Shown one piece after another: positions 31,362 to 40,662 of a DNA stretch of 64,000 nt. This stretch comes from an uncultured delta proteobacterium. Lineage in GTDB: Bacteria; Desulfobacterota; Desulfuromonadia; Desulfuromonadales; CAWBQR01. The notes beneath the pieces were generated by a model. The model worked only from the letters and a program-made list of their open reading frames with translations, did no database searches and was not told the DNA's origin. Within the stretch, counting starts at the first letter, position 1; each line of letters begins with the position of its first letter. The DNA lies in contig CAWBQR010000017.1 of the NCBI GenBank assembly GCA_963791005.1, forward strand, positions 29,455 through 93,454, in the 5' to 3' direction. A program made the position numbers and the translations under genes.

Positions 31362-32798
31362 CTAAGGATGTTGCCTAAACTTATATTCGTAATTTTTATT
31401 TTTCTTTGAATTTAATTTAGAAATTTGAACCATAAAAAACAATAGAACAAAACCCATTACTATAGTTGAAGGCACAAAAACGAATCCATTTCTTACCTGT
31501 ATAAGCAAAGGGAATAATATGAATCCTGCGGCAAGTTGGCGGATTTGAGTTGAAGGCCACAAGTCCATCCAAGCCAAAAGGATTCCCGTGAAAAGCATTA
31601 TCAACAAAACTCCCGTTTTTCCAAAATTTCGATAAGCTTCAGCAATGGGAGAAAATCCTATCGGTCCAACTCTTTGTTGAATCAAGACATTCATAAGCCG
31701 AACATCCTCATCGGCTGGAGGCCGGGACCACCCTGGGATCAAATAGATCATCGCCCTATCAAATGGAGCCCAGTAACTGCTGCCATGAATGAACGGCTCT
31801 CCGGCCTGTGCCCAGGACACGGCTTCCACCACGGGCCTGATGGACCCCCCCAACTCCGCCAGTCCACCAATTGGGCTTATCTGACCACTTGAAGGTTCAA
31901 ACTCGCCAAGGCCCACATGCCTTATTTGCTTAAACAGGGAGATGGCGCTCAGGAGACATATTCCCAAAACAAAGGTTTTCCTGGGGGACAAAGGAATCTT
32001 TTTCATAGATACAACCGCCAGAGCGGAAAAAACCGGGAAAAGGACTTCTCCCCTCAGGCCCAGAGGAAGACCCACCAGGGCAAAGATGGAAAAGATCAAA
32101 AAACCGGCCCGTCTTGCCCTGGACGGCGGACACACCGCCAGGATAATCAACCCCCATGCCATGCAGAAATATAACCAGTTCAGATGAGAACCTTTCGTGA
32201 CGGCCAGGAATACCGGATAGGAGGTTCTCAATAGCAATTTAAACCCTCCAAGGCGAAAGACCGTTAAAAACCACAAAAAGGTGGAAAAGCTTATAAGAAA
32301 AAATCCAGTTTTCCAAAGGACATTATTTAAATCAGGGATACTTTCATCACTATTATCCCATACTTTTTCTGGTTTTTTTCTAAATAGATTCACTAAAGAG
32401 ACGCCAGCAACAAGTCCTGTAAATCCTATATTTACCAATATAATGGCATACTTTGATTCATAAGAATAAAACCAAGTTGCCAAATAAGAATTAAATGAGG
32501 ATGACAAATTAAATCCCAAACCAATAACTAGTATTAAACCGTAATGAAATAAACAAAATATTATCCCATAAACTGAATAAATGGACCAGAATGTTTTTTT
32601 GCTAGATTTCATTAAATAAATTACAGAAATAAGCATTATTACAATTGAAATTGAAAATAATTTTGAAAATGACCATGTTTCCATTACAACTAGATATTCA
32701 CATTGTGCGACACTTATAAAAACAAAAAACAACAAACCAAAAACAAAAAATAAGCTGTGGCGTTCTCCTTCTTGATCTAATTCGGTGTATTCAGCCAT
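31362..32798 (-). CDS. wzy: Wzy polysaccharide polymerase
   Basis: About 11 TM helices, LGLRGEVL and IGFSPIAEAYRNFG motifs, inside the GT cluster. Confidence 0.8.
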   Translation of the reverse strand: MAEYTELDQEGERHSLFFVFGLLFFVFISVAQCEYLVVMETWSFSKLFSISIVIMLISVIYLMKSSKKTFWSIYSVYGIIFCLFHYGLILVIGLGFNLSSSFNSYLATWFYSYESKYAIILVNIGFTGLVAGVSLVNLFRKKPEKVWDNSDESIPDLNNVLWKTGFFLISFSTFLWFLTVFRLGGFKLLLRTSYPVFLAVTKGSHLNWLYFCMAWGLIILAVCPPSRARRAGFLIFSIFALVGLPLGLRGEVLFPVFSALAVVSMKKIPLSPRKTFVLGICLLSAISLFKQIRHVGLGEFEPSSGQISPIGGLAELGGSIRPVVEAVSWAQAGEPFIHGSSYWAPFDRAMIYLIPGWSRPPADEDVRLMNVLIQQRVGPIGFSPIAEAYRNFGKTGVLLIMLFTGILLAWMDLWPSTQIRQLAAGFILFPLLIQVRNGFVFVPSTIVMGFVLLFFMVQISKLNSKKNKNYEYKFRQHP

Positions 32799-32813
32799 TT
32801 GGGAACTCCATTA

Positions 32814-33947
32814 TCAATGAGACCATATCTCTAAAAGCTTCCTTTTGCAGTTATCCAAATCGAACGGACTATCGGCAATTCGATCAAGAGCCTCCTCCCG
32901 AAAGTTTTGGGAAGGTTTGGCACAAATCTCGGACGCCGTCGAGGCCCAGACCTGGTCCGGGGCATCAACCGGCAAGCACGTGATCAAACCATCCAGCACG
33001 CTCTTGATTTCCACAATCCCCGCCAGATGACTTGCCAGAACCGGAGTTCCGGCAGCACAGGATTCGACGACAGCCCCAGGCAAACCTTCCCATAAAGAAG
33101 GGAAAAGCATCAGGTCGGCCGCCTTGAGAAGCCTGGGCACATCCTCGCGTTCACCCGCAAACACGACCCTTCCGTCCACACCCAGAGCCAGGGCCTGCTG
33201 CCTCAACTCCTCCCCCATCTGGTTGTCCTCCCGCCCAACAACCAAAAGGCGGGCATTCGGATCAAGGCGGCCTATTTGCTGAAATACAGCCAGAAGCTTT
33301 CGATGGTTTTTGGCTGGAGTCATTCTCCCAACGTGTATGTAAAGCCTGCAGGGTTCGGGCAAACCGAATTCCCTTCGTACTTCTTTTGGCACAGGCTTCC
33401 CTTTAAATGGGGAAAGGTCAAATCCGTTGTAGATTACCTCGCAGCGAGAATCAAAGGTCCAGTCCGTTCCCCAGGCCGAAACCATTGCCGCTTCCGAGAC
33501 CGAGACAATTTTCGATGCGTAGCGATTTAAAAAGTATTTCATAACCATGGTCTTACAACGCCTGGCCAGGGTGTTTTTTTTCCCGTCATTGGTACTTCTG
33601 AAATGAGCCACCCGCACCGGCACTTTTTCCCATGCAGCCAGGAGCAGCATTAATCCAGAGGCCATAAAGACGTGCGAGTGAACCGTATGAAATCTCTTCT
33701 TTTGGAGAAGGCGCCGAAATTTGAACGGAAAATCCGGCCCGATTTTGAGAAAATGAATATCGCCCCCCAGCTGCAGAATTTCTTCATCGAGCTCTCCGGG
33801 CAAGCCGGAGAGGACGCAAAACTCAAATTTGAACTGCGAAGGGTCGATACTCCGCATCAATTCAATGGTCCGTATCTCCGCTCCTCCACGGACCATTCGT
33901 CCGAAAATATGAAGAATTGTCCTGGGGGAAGGGTTCTCATTTGACAT
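32814..33947 (-). CDS. Glycosyltransferase family 4 (EpsF/CapH-like)
   Basis: GGAE, HVGRMTPAKNH, PSLWEGLPGAVVE. Confidence 0.9.
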   Translation of the reverse strand: MSNENPSPRTILHIFGRMVRGGAEIRTIELMRSIDPSQFKFEFCVLSGLPGELDEEILQLGGDIHFLKIGPDFPFKFRRLLQKKRFHTVHSHVFMASGLMLLLAAWEKVPVRVAHFRSTNDGKKNTLARRCKTMVMKYFLNRYASKIVSVSEAAMVSAWGTDWTFDSRCEVIYNGFDLSPFKGKPVPKEVRREFGLPEPCRLYIHVGRMTPAKNHRKLLAVFQQIGRLDPNARLLVVGREDNQMGEELRQQALALGVDGRVVFAGEREDVPRLLKAADLMLFPSLWEGLPGAVVESCAAGTPVLASHLAGIVEIKSVLDGLITCLPVDAPDQVWASTASEICAKPSQNFREEALDRIADSPFDLDNCKRKLLEIWSH

Positions 33948-33961
33948 TTTTGGATATTTCC

Positions 33962-35281
33962 TCAAGCATATGTATTTCTAAGAGCATGAGAAATTACATA
34001 TATTTTAATCGGAATCTGAACAATAAACATATTAATTATACTTATAGCAGCCCCCATGATTCCCATAACTGGTATAAGGAAATATGAGGATATGGAAACT
34101 ACCAACAAAGAGGCAATGGCTATGGGCACCTGTACTTTAAAATGTCGAGCAGATGTAATTGCCACACCTAGAAATGATGATATATAACTAAGACATGATG
34201 CTATCATTATAAAAAGGAACACTTCATTATATTGTGAATATTCCTTTCTATACAAAATGCTCAAAATTTCTTTTCCAAAAATTCTTATAATAAATATACC
34301 GGATATTCCGACTACCGCTCCTATTCCAACCAGTTTAACTAACAACCCGACAAACTTCAAAGACCCTTGCGATGAATAATATTTTGCCAATCGTGGACTT
34401 GCCGCCTGACCAAGTGCAGATACTATCGCAGTCCCGGCAACCATGAGATAGGCCATAGCCGCAAAAATACCCAAATCATGCTCACCATTAAATTTTTCGA
34501 TCAAGTATCTTGGAATATTGGTATTTAACGAATTCAACATGGTCACTATCCCCAAAGGAAGAGACAATAATGTTAAATTTTTCATAATATTTTTACTAGT
34601 TTTCAATGAGTGCAAATAACTTGAAATATTCTTGCTGGCAAATAGTCTGAATTTACCATTTGTGAATCTTTTCCCGTTAGGATAATCATAGAAAAAAAAT
34701 ATTATGATTTTTGCAAAAACAAGACTTAATGTTGCAAAAAATACATCTCTTGTTACCAAAAAACCAAGAAACATTGCCGTCAGTGACAATATCCCCCTTA
34801 AGATCATTGATTTTCCAATTACATTCATGGATTCATTTTTTTGAAAAAGTCCATAAAATGCATCACTTAATGCCTCAACGCTTTTGCTTCCCGCAACAGC
34901 CAAAACGACCAGTGCCGTTTCAACTTTATATTTAGTAAAAAATATAATAATTAAAATCAATATCGCTGCAAGAGACGTCATGACAACTCTGAGTTTAAAG
35001 TAGTCTTCAAAACAAAAAGAATTTTTTGCATCTGTTGCCTGCACAGCCCGGAGGTTGAGATTTGCAAACATGAAAACAGGGGCTGCAACTGCAAGGCCCA
35101 GCGCAAACTGTCCCACGCTGTCAGGGGTCCCCAGTTTTGCAAGAACCACCAAAATTCCCCACTGGCACCCCGCATAAATGACATTCCCGGCCAGGGTCCA
35201 GGAAAAATTTCTGCGCAGGGACAATCCCTTTTTTATTCCTGTCTGGGCATCGGCTGCCGTGTTCAGACTGATATGAGGCAT
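33962..35281 (-). CDS. wzx: Wzx flippase
   Basis: LRRNFSWTLAGNVIYAGCQW...GQFALGLA; about 12 TMs. Confidence 0.88.
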   Translation of the reverse strand: MPHISLNTAADAQTGIKKGLSLRRNFSWTLAGNVIYAGCQWGILVVLAKLGTPDSVGQFALGLAVAAPVFMFANLNLRAVQATDAKNSFCFEDYFKLRVVMTSLAAILILIIIFFTKYKVETALVVLAVAGSKSVEALSDAFYGLFQKNESMNVIGKSMILRGILSLTAMFLGFLVTRDVFFATLSLVFAKIIIFFFYDYPNGKRFTNGKFRLFASKNISSYLHSLKTSKNIMKNLTLLSLPLGIVTMLNSLNTNIPRYLIEKFNGEHDLGIFAAMAYLMVAGTAIVSALGQAASPRLAKYYSSQGSLKFVGLLVKLVGIGAVVGISGIFIIRIFGKEILSILYRKEYSQYNEVFLFIMIASCLSYISSFLGVAITSARHFKVQVPIAIASLLVVSISSYFLIPVMGIMGAAISIINMFIVQIPIKIYVISHALRNTYA

Positions 35282-35526
35282 AAGTACTTCCAACCTGCAA
35301 ATTAGCTTCGGCAAACGTCTAAGGGGCTGTTATCGGAAACACCGGAATTCCAATGGTTTCATAACGTATCCATTTTTTAAATTGATATCGTGTATATATT
35401 TGATATAGCTCAAAAAAACATGATGTCAATCGAACACGGGACCAGAAGCTTTCACTTGATAAAGAGTTTATTTGAAAGAATTTCAATAATGTCCTTCCCT
35501 TAGGGCTCCTGAATACATCCGCGGAT

Positions 35527-36807
35527 TCAGGGGCGCGGAGCAACAGAATGAAAAAACCTGCGACCGGCAGATCGGTGATTCATATCGGCTATGTCGACAC
35601 TCTCGAAGTCGGCTGCAGTGACCTTTCCACCGAACCCTTGTCCCCTGCTGGCGGTAATGGTGGTGGCAGAGCCGATTCTGTCCCCCCCTCCCCCGAAGGA
35701 TATGGCCTGGGACACGGTATTGTTTGCGTGGGGCAAACTCCAATTGGTTCCGTTATGGTAGGCAATACATCCCGTGAACGAACTGCCGTTGGTCGTACCA
35801 TTTTCATCAAACCCCCTGGCACGGTTCCCTATGGCGAAGCAGCGAATCAGGGTATGGCCCCCTCCCGACGAATCCGAATTGGGACGATAACCAAGGGCCT
35901 TGCCGAGCTTGAAGCCGTTCCCGTCGCCCTTTCTCCCCTTGCCGTTCCCAGCGGAAATGCAATCCTCATAATAATTGCCGACCGAGGCCCAGTTGTCCCA
36001 CCCGTCGTCGGAGTTGCCCATCGAGACGCAGCGATAGAAGATATTCTGCCCCCCCGAGGTGATGGAATAGCCATCGCCGGTATTCCCTGCGGTTTGGATG
36101 TTCGCATTGTCGCTGGAGGTGCAGTTGAAGAATTTCACCCGATACATCTCCTTGGCGTTGAATCCGGCTCCGTTGTTGTTGTGCAGATAAATGTTGTGGA
36201 ATTCACAGTCGGTCAGATTTTCGCCATAAATGCCGTTGGCGTTTTTGGTGGGATCGCTGTTTCGGATCTCCAGATTCCGGAAGATGAGCCAGGATTCGTT
36301 CAACAGGCGGACGAGATTTCCCCTCCCGTCGCTGCCGGTGCCGTCGATAATCGCCCATTCGCCGGGATAGGAGCGGATTTCCATGGGATGCTGCCGAGTT
36401 CCGAGCGCGTTCCTATTGATGATCACGGGAGAATAATAGATGCCCCCGCGCAGATAGATGGTGTCCCCGGCACTGGAGTGGGTCATGCCGTACTGGATGT
36501 GCTGCCACGGGGAGGAGATGGTGCCGGTGCCGCTGTCGGAGCCTGCAGGTGAGACATACCGGGAGACCCCGCCGTAGGGTGCAGCCTTGGGGTCGTCCTG
36601 GGCCACCATCGCCTTGTCGTAGCCGTAAAAGACAGGTTTTGTCTTATTCGGCAGGTTCAGGTCGGCAGGGGAAACGACCTTCCCGACTGAGGGAGTTGGA
36701 TGGTCTCTGCCGGAGGGAATTTCAATGGTAGGAGGGACTGCCCGCGCGCCGCATCCTTGGACGGAAAACAGAAAAACAAGCAAAGCGCCTACCAGCGAAT
36801 ACCTCAT
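35527..36807 (-). CDS. Lipoprotein with PL9-like right-handed beta-helix polysaccharide lyase domain
   Basis: Lipobox VQGC; YVSPAGSD..G, AGDTIYLRGG, NSDDGWD, GDGNGFKLG. Confidence 0.8.
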   Translation of the reverse strand: MRYSLVGALLVFLFSVQGCGARAVPPTIEIPSGRDHPTPSVGKVVSPADLNLPNKTKPVFYGYDKAMVAQDDPKAAPYGGVSRYVSPAGSDSGTGTISSPWQHIQYGMTHSSAGDTIYLRGGIYYSPVIINRNALGTRQHPMEIRSYPGEWAIIDGTGSDGRGNLVRLLNESWLIFRNLEIRNSDPTKNANGIYGENLTDCEFHNIYLHNNNGAGFNAKEMYRVKFFNCTSSDNANIQTAGNTGDGYSITSGGQNIFYRCVSMGNSDDGWDNWASVGNYYEDCISAGNGKGRKGDGNGFKLGKALGYRPNSDSSGGGHTLIRCFAIGNRARGFDENGTTNGSSFTGCIAYHNGTNWSLPHANNTVSQAISFGGGGDRIGSATTITASRGQGFGGKVTAADFESVDIADMNHRSAGRRFFHSVAPRP

Positions 36808-36991
36808 TCATCCTCATTTCCGTGTCCGGTTAAGGGCCTGTGCAAGCCCCATCCGGGGCACAATATCCGAAAAGGTCCAATCCTTGCGGTGCTTCAGTTT
36901 CCCAATAGCATAATTCTGAGGGTAATCAAGGCAATTCGGGGACAGGTAAAAGAATTGCCATGGTCCACCCACCCGCAAGGGGGGGGCAGAT

Positions 36992-37029
36992 AAAAAAATG
37001 AGGCTTCCACCTTGCGGTGGAAGCCTCAT
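36992..37029 (-). terminator. Intrinsic terminator after the Ig/PL9 gene
   Basis: 14-bp stem ATGAGGCTTCCACC-GCAA-GGTGGAAGCCTCAT plus T-run. Confidence 0.85.
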
Positions 37030-37051
37030 ATTCATTCTATTTTCGTTATTC

Positions 37052-39592
37052 TTAGAACAGAGGAACGACGGGATAGAAGTACCTCTGCCCGGCTGTCTGG
37101 TTGTTCATATTGGCAACGTCGACGCTTTCGTAGTCGGAGGTAGCGACCGATCCTCCGAACACCTGACCCATGCTGTCAATAACGTTGGTGGCGGAACCGA
37201 CGCTGCCCCCGGAGCCTCCGAAGGAGATGCCGTTGGTAACGGTATTGTTGGCATTGGGCAGGTGCCAGTTGGTGGCGTTGTTGTAGGAAATGCATCCCGT
37301 GAAGGTAATGCCGTTGGTCGTACCGTTCTCGTCAAATCCCCGGGAGCGGTTCCCGCTGGAGATACAACGAACCAGGGTATGCCCGCCACCCTCGGAATCG
37401 GGGTTGGGGGAATAGCCAAGAGCTTTGCCGAGCTTGAAGGCATTGCCGTTGCCGTTTGCCAACTTCCCGTTGTTGGCGGAAATGCAGTCCTCGTAATAAT
37501 TGCCGACAGAGGCCCAGTTGTCCCACCCGTCATCGGAGTTGCCTATCGAGACGCAACGGTAGAACTCGTTCTGCCCCCCCGAGGTGATGGAAAAACCATC
37601 GCCCGTGTTCCCGGCGGTTTGGATGTTCGCGTTGTCGCTGGCGGTGCAGTTGTAGAACTTCACGCGGTACAGCTCTTTGGCGTTCATACCGGCCCCGTTG
37701 TTGTTGTGCAGATAGATGTTGTGGAATTCACAATCGGTCAGATTTTCGCCATAAATGCCGTTGGCGTTTTTGGTGGGGTCGCTGTTTCTGATCTCCAGGT
37801 TTCGGAAGATAAGCCAGGACTCGTTTATCAGCCGGACGAGATTGCCGTTCCCATCGCTGCCGGTGCCGTCGATAACCGCCCATTCGCCGGGATAGGAACG
37901 GATCTCCATGGGATGCTGCTGGGTCCCGGGCGCGTTCCCGTTGATGGTCACGGGGGAATAATAAACCCCGCCACGCAGGTAGATGGTGTCCCCGGCGTTG
38001 GAGTGGGTCATGGCGTACTGAATATGCTGCCACGGGGAGGAGATGGAGCCGGTGCCGTTGTCGGACCCCGTGGGAGAAACATAACGGGAAACACCGCCGT
38101 AGGGCGCGGCATTGGAGTCGTCGTTGGCCCCCAACGTCTTGTCGTAACCGTAAAAGACTGTTGAGGAGGATGGTTGGGTGCTGGCGGGAGCAGAGATATT
38201 TACCGTCAAGGTGACGGGGCTGGAAACCCGGCTGTTCCCCGCCGCATCATAGGCCTTGGCGGTGAAGCTGTGGGTGCCGTCGGTTGAGCTCGAAACCGCC
38301 CACGCATAGATGTAAGGCGCCGCGCTATCGGTCCCCTTCAAGGTGGAGCCGTCATAGAACTCCACCTTGCTGATCCCCACGTTGTCCGAGGCCGAGGCGG
38401 TAACCGTCACGGTCTGGGCGCTGGTGTAGGTCGCATTGGCCGAAGGGCTGGAGATCGAAACGGTGGGCGCGGTGGTGTCTGCCGAAGCTTTATCATCGTC
38501 CACGATCGTTACGGCTGCCGTGGTGGGAGAGCCCAGGGTCGCTCCCCCGGTCGGGTTGTTTAGAAGAACGTTGAACGTTTCATTCCCTTCCACCAGGGTG
38601 TCCTGAATAATGTTGACGCTTACCACCTTGCTGGTTTCCCCGTCCGCAAAGGTCAGCGGAGTCCAGGAAACTCCCTGGTAGTCGACGTTGACCGTGGCGG
38701 TATTCTGCTGGGTGCCCCAATCGACCGTAACCGTGCCACCGCTGCCGCCGACCCGATTAACGGTGAGGTTGACCTTACCGGCCCCTTCTCCCACCGAGTA
38801 GGAAGCAGAACCGAATTGAAAGGTTCCAGGAGAAGAGGTGGAAGCGGATGCGATGTTCACGTTCAAGGTGTCCGGACTCGAAGTGGCGCTGTTGCCGGCG
38901 GCATCATAGGCCTTGGCGGTGAAGTTGTGGGTGCCGTCGAGAGAGCTGGAAATCGTCCACGAGCAGGTGAACGGAGAGGAGGTGTCGGTCCCCTTCAAGA
39001 TGGACCCGTCATAGAATTCCACCTTGCTGACCCCCACGTTGTCCGAAGCCGAAGCGGCAATCGTCACGGTCTGGGCGCTGGTGTAGGTGGTATTGGCCGC
39101 GGGGCTGGAAATCGAAACGGTCGGGGCGGTCGTGTCTGAGGGAGGCACTGCCACCGGTGCAGCAATATTCACCGCGAGGCTTACAGGGCTCGAAGTGGCG
39201 CTGTTTCCGGCGGCGTCATAGGCCCTGGCGGTAAAATTGTGCGTCCCGTTATTGGAGCTCGACACCGGCCACGAATAGGTGTAAGGCGCGGTGGTGTCTG
39301 TACCTTTCAAGGTGGACCCGTCATAGAACTCCACCTTGGTGACACCCACGTCATCCGATGCCGTAGCGGTAATGTTGACGGTTTGGGCGGAGGAGAAGGT
39401 GGTGTTCCCGGAGGGGGAGGTAATTGCTACCTGGGGAGGAGTCGTATCGCCGTGGCTCGTTATGAACTTATACCACGATGAAGCCCAGGTAGGGGGGGAT
39501 GCCTGTGCTTTTTGAGCATTTGCCAAACCAAAAAAGGTCAAGGACAATGCAACAAAGATAAACAAAGAAATTGAACGGTTTCTTGCCAACAT
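37052..39592 (-). CDS. Secreted protein: three bacterial Ig-like domains, Calx-beta and PL9-like beta-helix
   Basis: Signal peptide; three DTTxP...ASDxVGVxKVEFYDG...AYDAAGN repeats; Calx-beta (FADGETSK..DTLVEGNETF); NSDDGWD and NGNAFKLG. Confidence 0.88.
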   Translation of the reverse strand: MLARNRSISLFIFVALSLTFFGLANAQKAQASPPTWASSWYKFITSHGDTTPPQVAITSPSGNTTFSSAQTVNITATASDDVGVTKVEFYDGSTLKGTDTTAPYTYSWPVSSSNNGTHNFTARAYDAAGNSATSSPVSLAVNIAAPVAVPPSDTTAPTVSISSPAANTTYTSAQTVTIAASASDNVGVSKVEFYDGSILKGTDTSSPFTCSWTISSSLDGTHNFTAKAYDAAGNSATSSPDTLNVNIASASTSSPGTFQFGSASYSVGEGAGKVNLTVNRVGGSGGTVTVDWGTQQNTATVNVDYQGVSWTPLTFADGETSKVVSVNIIQDTLVEGNETFNVLLNNPTGGATLGSPTTAAVTIVDDDKASADTTAPTVSISSPSANATYTSAQTVTVTASASDNVGISKVEFYDGSTLKGTDSAAPYIYAWAVSSSTDGTHSFTAKAYDAAGNSRVSSPVTLTVNISAPASTQPSSSTVFYGYDKTLGANDDSNAAPYGGVSRYVSPTGSDNGTGSISSPWQHIQYAMTHSNAGDTIYLRGGVYYSPVTINGNAPGTQQHPMEIRSYPGEWAVIDGTGSDGNGNLVRLINESWLIFRNLEIRNSDPTKNANGIYGENLTDCEFHNIYLHNNNGAGMNAKELYRVKFYNCTASDNANIQTAGNTGDGFSITSGGQNEFYRCVSIGNSDDGWDNWASVGNYYEDCISANNGKLANGNGNAFKLGKALGYSPNPDSEGGGHTLVRCISSGNRSRGFDENGTTNGITFTGCISYNNATNWHLPNANNTVTNGISFGGSGGSVGSATNVIDSMGQVFGGSVATSDYESVDVANMNNQTAGQRYFYPVVPLF

Positions 39593-39666
39593 GTTTTCAC
39601 CTCACGAGTTTGATTTTTTCCTCCCCGATTTGGTATTTAAATTCAATGAACAGACATAAAAGACGT

Positions 39667-39704
39667 AAAAAATGCGTTTGCCTTTTTTTGCCGAAGACAA
39701 ACGC
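39667..39704 (-). terminator. Riboswitch-associated intrinsic terminator
   Basis: GCGTTTGTCTT-loop-AAGGCAAACGC followed by ATTTTTT, in the leader downstream of the proximal aptamer. Confidence 0.75.
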
Positions 39705-39751
39705 TTTCCCTTGAAGCCAAATCGTTCTTATCTGGCTGGAAAATTGTTGCT

Positions 39752-39830
39752 CTCTTCGGCAGCCGGACGGTCCCTCGTCAGGGATCCCTGGCTTTGCGTA
39801 ACAGGATTTCTCCGGTTTTGCCCTTTCGGA
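39752..39830 (-). ncRNA. Cyclic di-GMP-I (GEMM-I) riboswitch, proximal, G20 type
   Basis: CCGAAAGGGCAAAACCGGA-GAAA-TCCTGTTACGCAAAGCCAGGGATCCCT...AGGGACCGTCCGGCTGCCGAAG matches the GEMM-I P2/P3 pattern. Confidence 0.88.
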
Positions 39831-39984
39831 GTTTTTGAAGAACTGCTTTAAGTGATTAATGTAGCTTGTACTATTTAGTAGGCTCCTTTCCTTTGTTCGT
39901 CTTGCCGGATGCCTTGCGCAATTATCCTGCTTAACCTACCCAAATTTAAATGCCGGGTGGCCGGGTAAAATGTATTCACATCCA

Positions 39985-40064
39985 CTTCGGCAACCCGGCT
40001 ATCCTATCTTGCAAGGACCCGTGGCTTTGCGTCCCCGAATCTCTTCGAGTTTGCGCTTATCGGT
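39985..40064 (-). ncRNA. GEMM-I riboswitch, distal, C at position-20 equivalent
   Basis: CCGATAAGCGCAAACTCGAA-GAGA-TTCGGGGACGCAAAGCCACGGGTCCT...AGGATAGCCGGGTTGCCGAAG. Confidence 0.9.
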
Positions 40065-40209
40065 AATGTTTAAATATGTGGGTAAGCCTTAAGGAAGAAC
40101 GGAAGCGGTCGGAAATTTTCAAGTTTTTCCGGCCTGGCTTGAATAAAATTTACTTTTCTAGTCTTAAATATAAAAAACAACGAAATTCTAAAACGTTACA
40201 GCCATTCTA

Positions 40210-40226
40210 AGCACGTCCCGTGCCAA
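40210..40226 (-). promoter_or_regulatory. Sigma-54 (-24/-12) promoter
   Basis: TTGGCACGGGACGTGCT: GG-N10-GC with a near-consensus TGGCACG. Confidence 0.75.
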
Positions 40227-40662
40227 CTCATAAACCACTGAGAATATTTGCGTTCGATTTCCTGGTCTTCCAATTGTGTTTCATCTCGACAACACCTTGA
40301 TGCAATTAGGACACAATCTGAGCTAACCACGATCTGCTATTTGCACGTCTTCCGATCTTCTTGTCCCGAGACCAGAATCCCTCAAAACAAAACCGCGAAA
40401 TGACAAAATTGGACACCAGAAGAACGTCATTTGGCGATGATTAATAGGATTAAATAGGTGAGCCTTACTTTTTTATTTCATGACAACCGAAACTGAGCCA
40501 GATTTGACACAGACACTGCCTTCCAAGTTCAACATCATTGCAGGGAAGTTCTACCCCGAAGTTTCATCTTTCACTAGGTGCGGCCCCGCAGGATAAGAAG
40601 AACCCATCCACCTTTCCATCCTGTTCATTTGCACAGTTGAGCTTGTTCTGAAAATTGAAAAT

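Noticed and set aside
37052-37120. PEP-CTERM sorting signal on the large secreted protein
   Set aside because: The C-terminus is RYFYPVVPLF, with no PEP motif, TM helix or basic tail.
38200-39440. Three ~270-bp direct repeats
   Set aside because: In-frame Ig-like domain repeats, not CRISPR or mobile-element repeats. No CRISPR array or cas gene was seen in the window.
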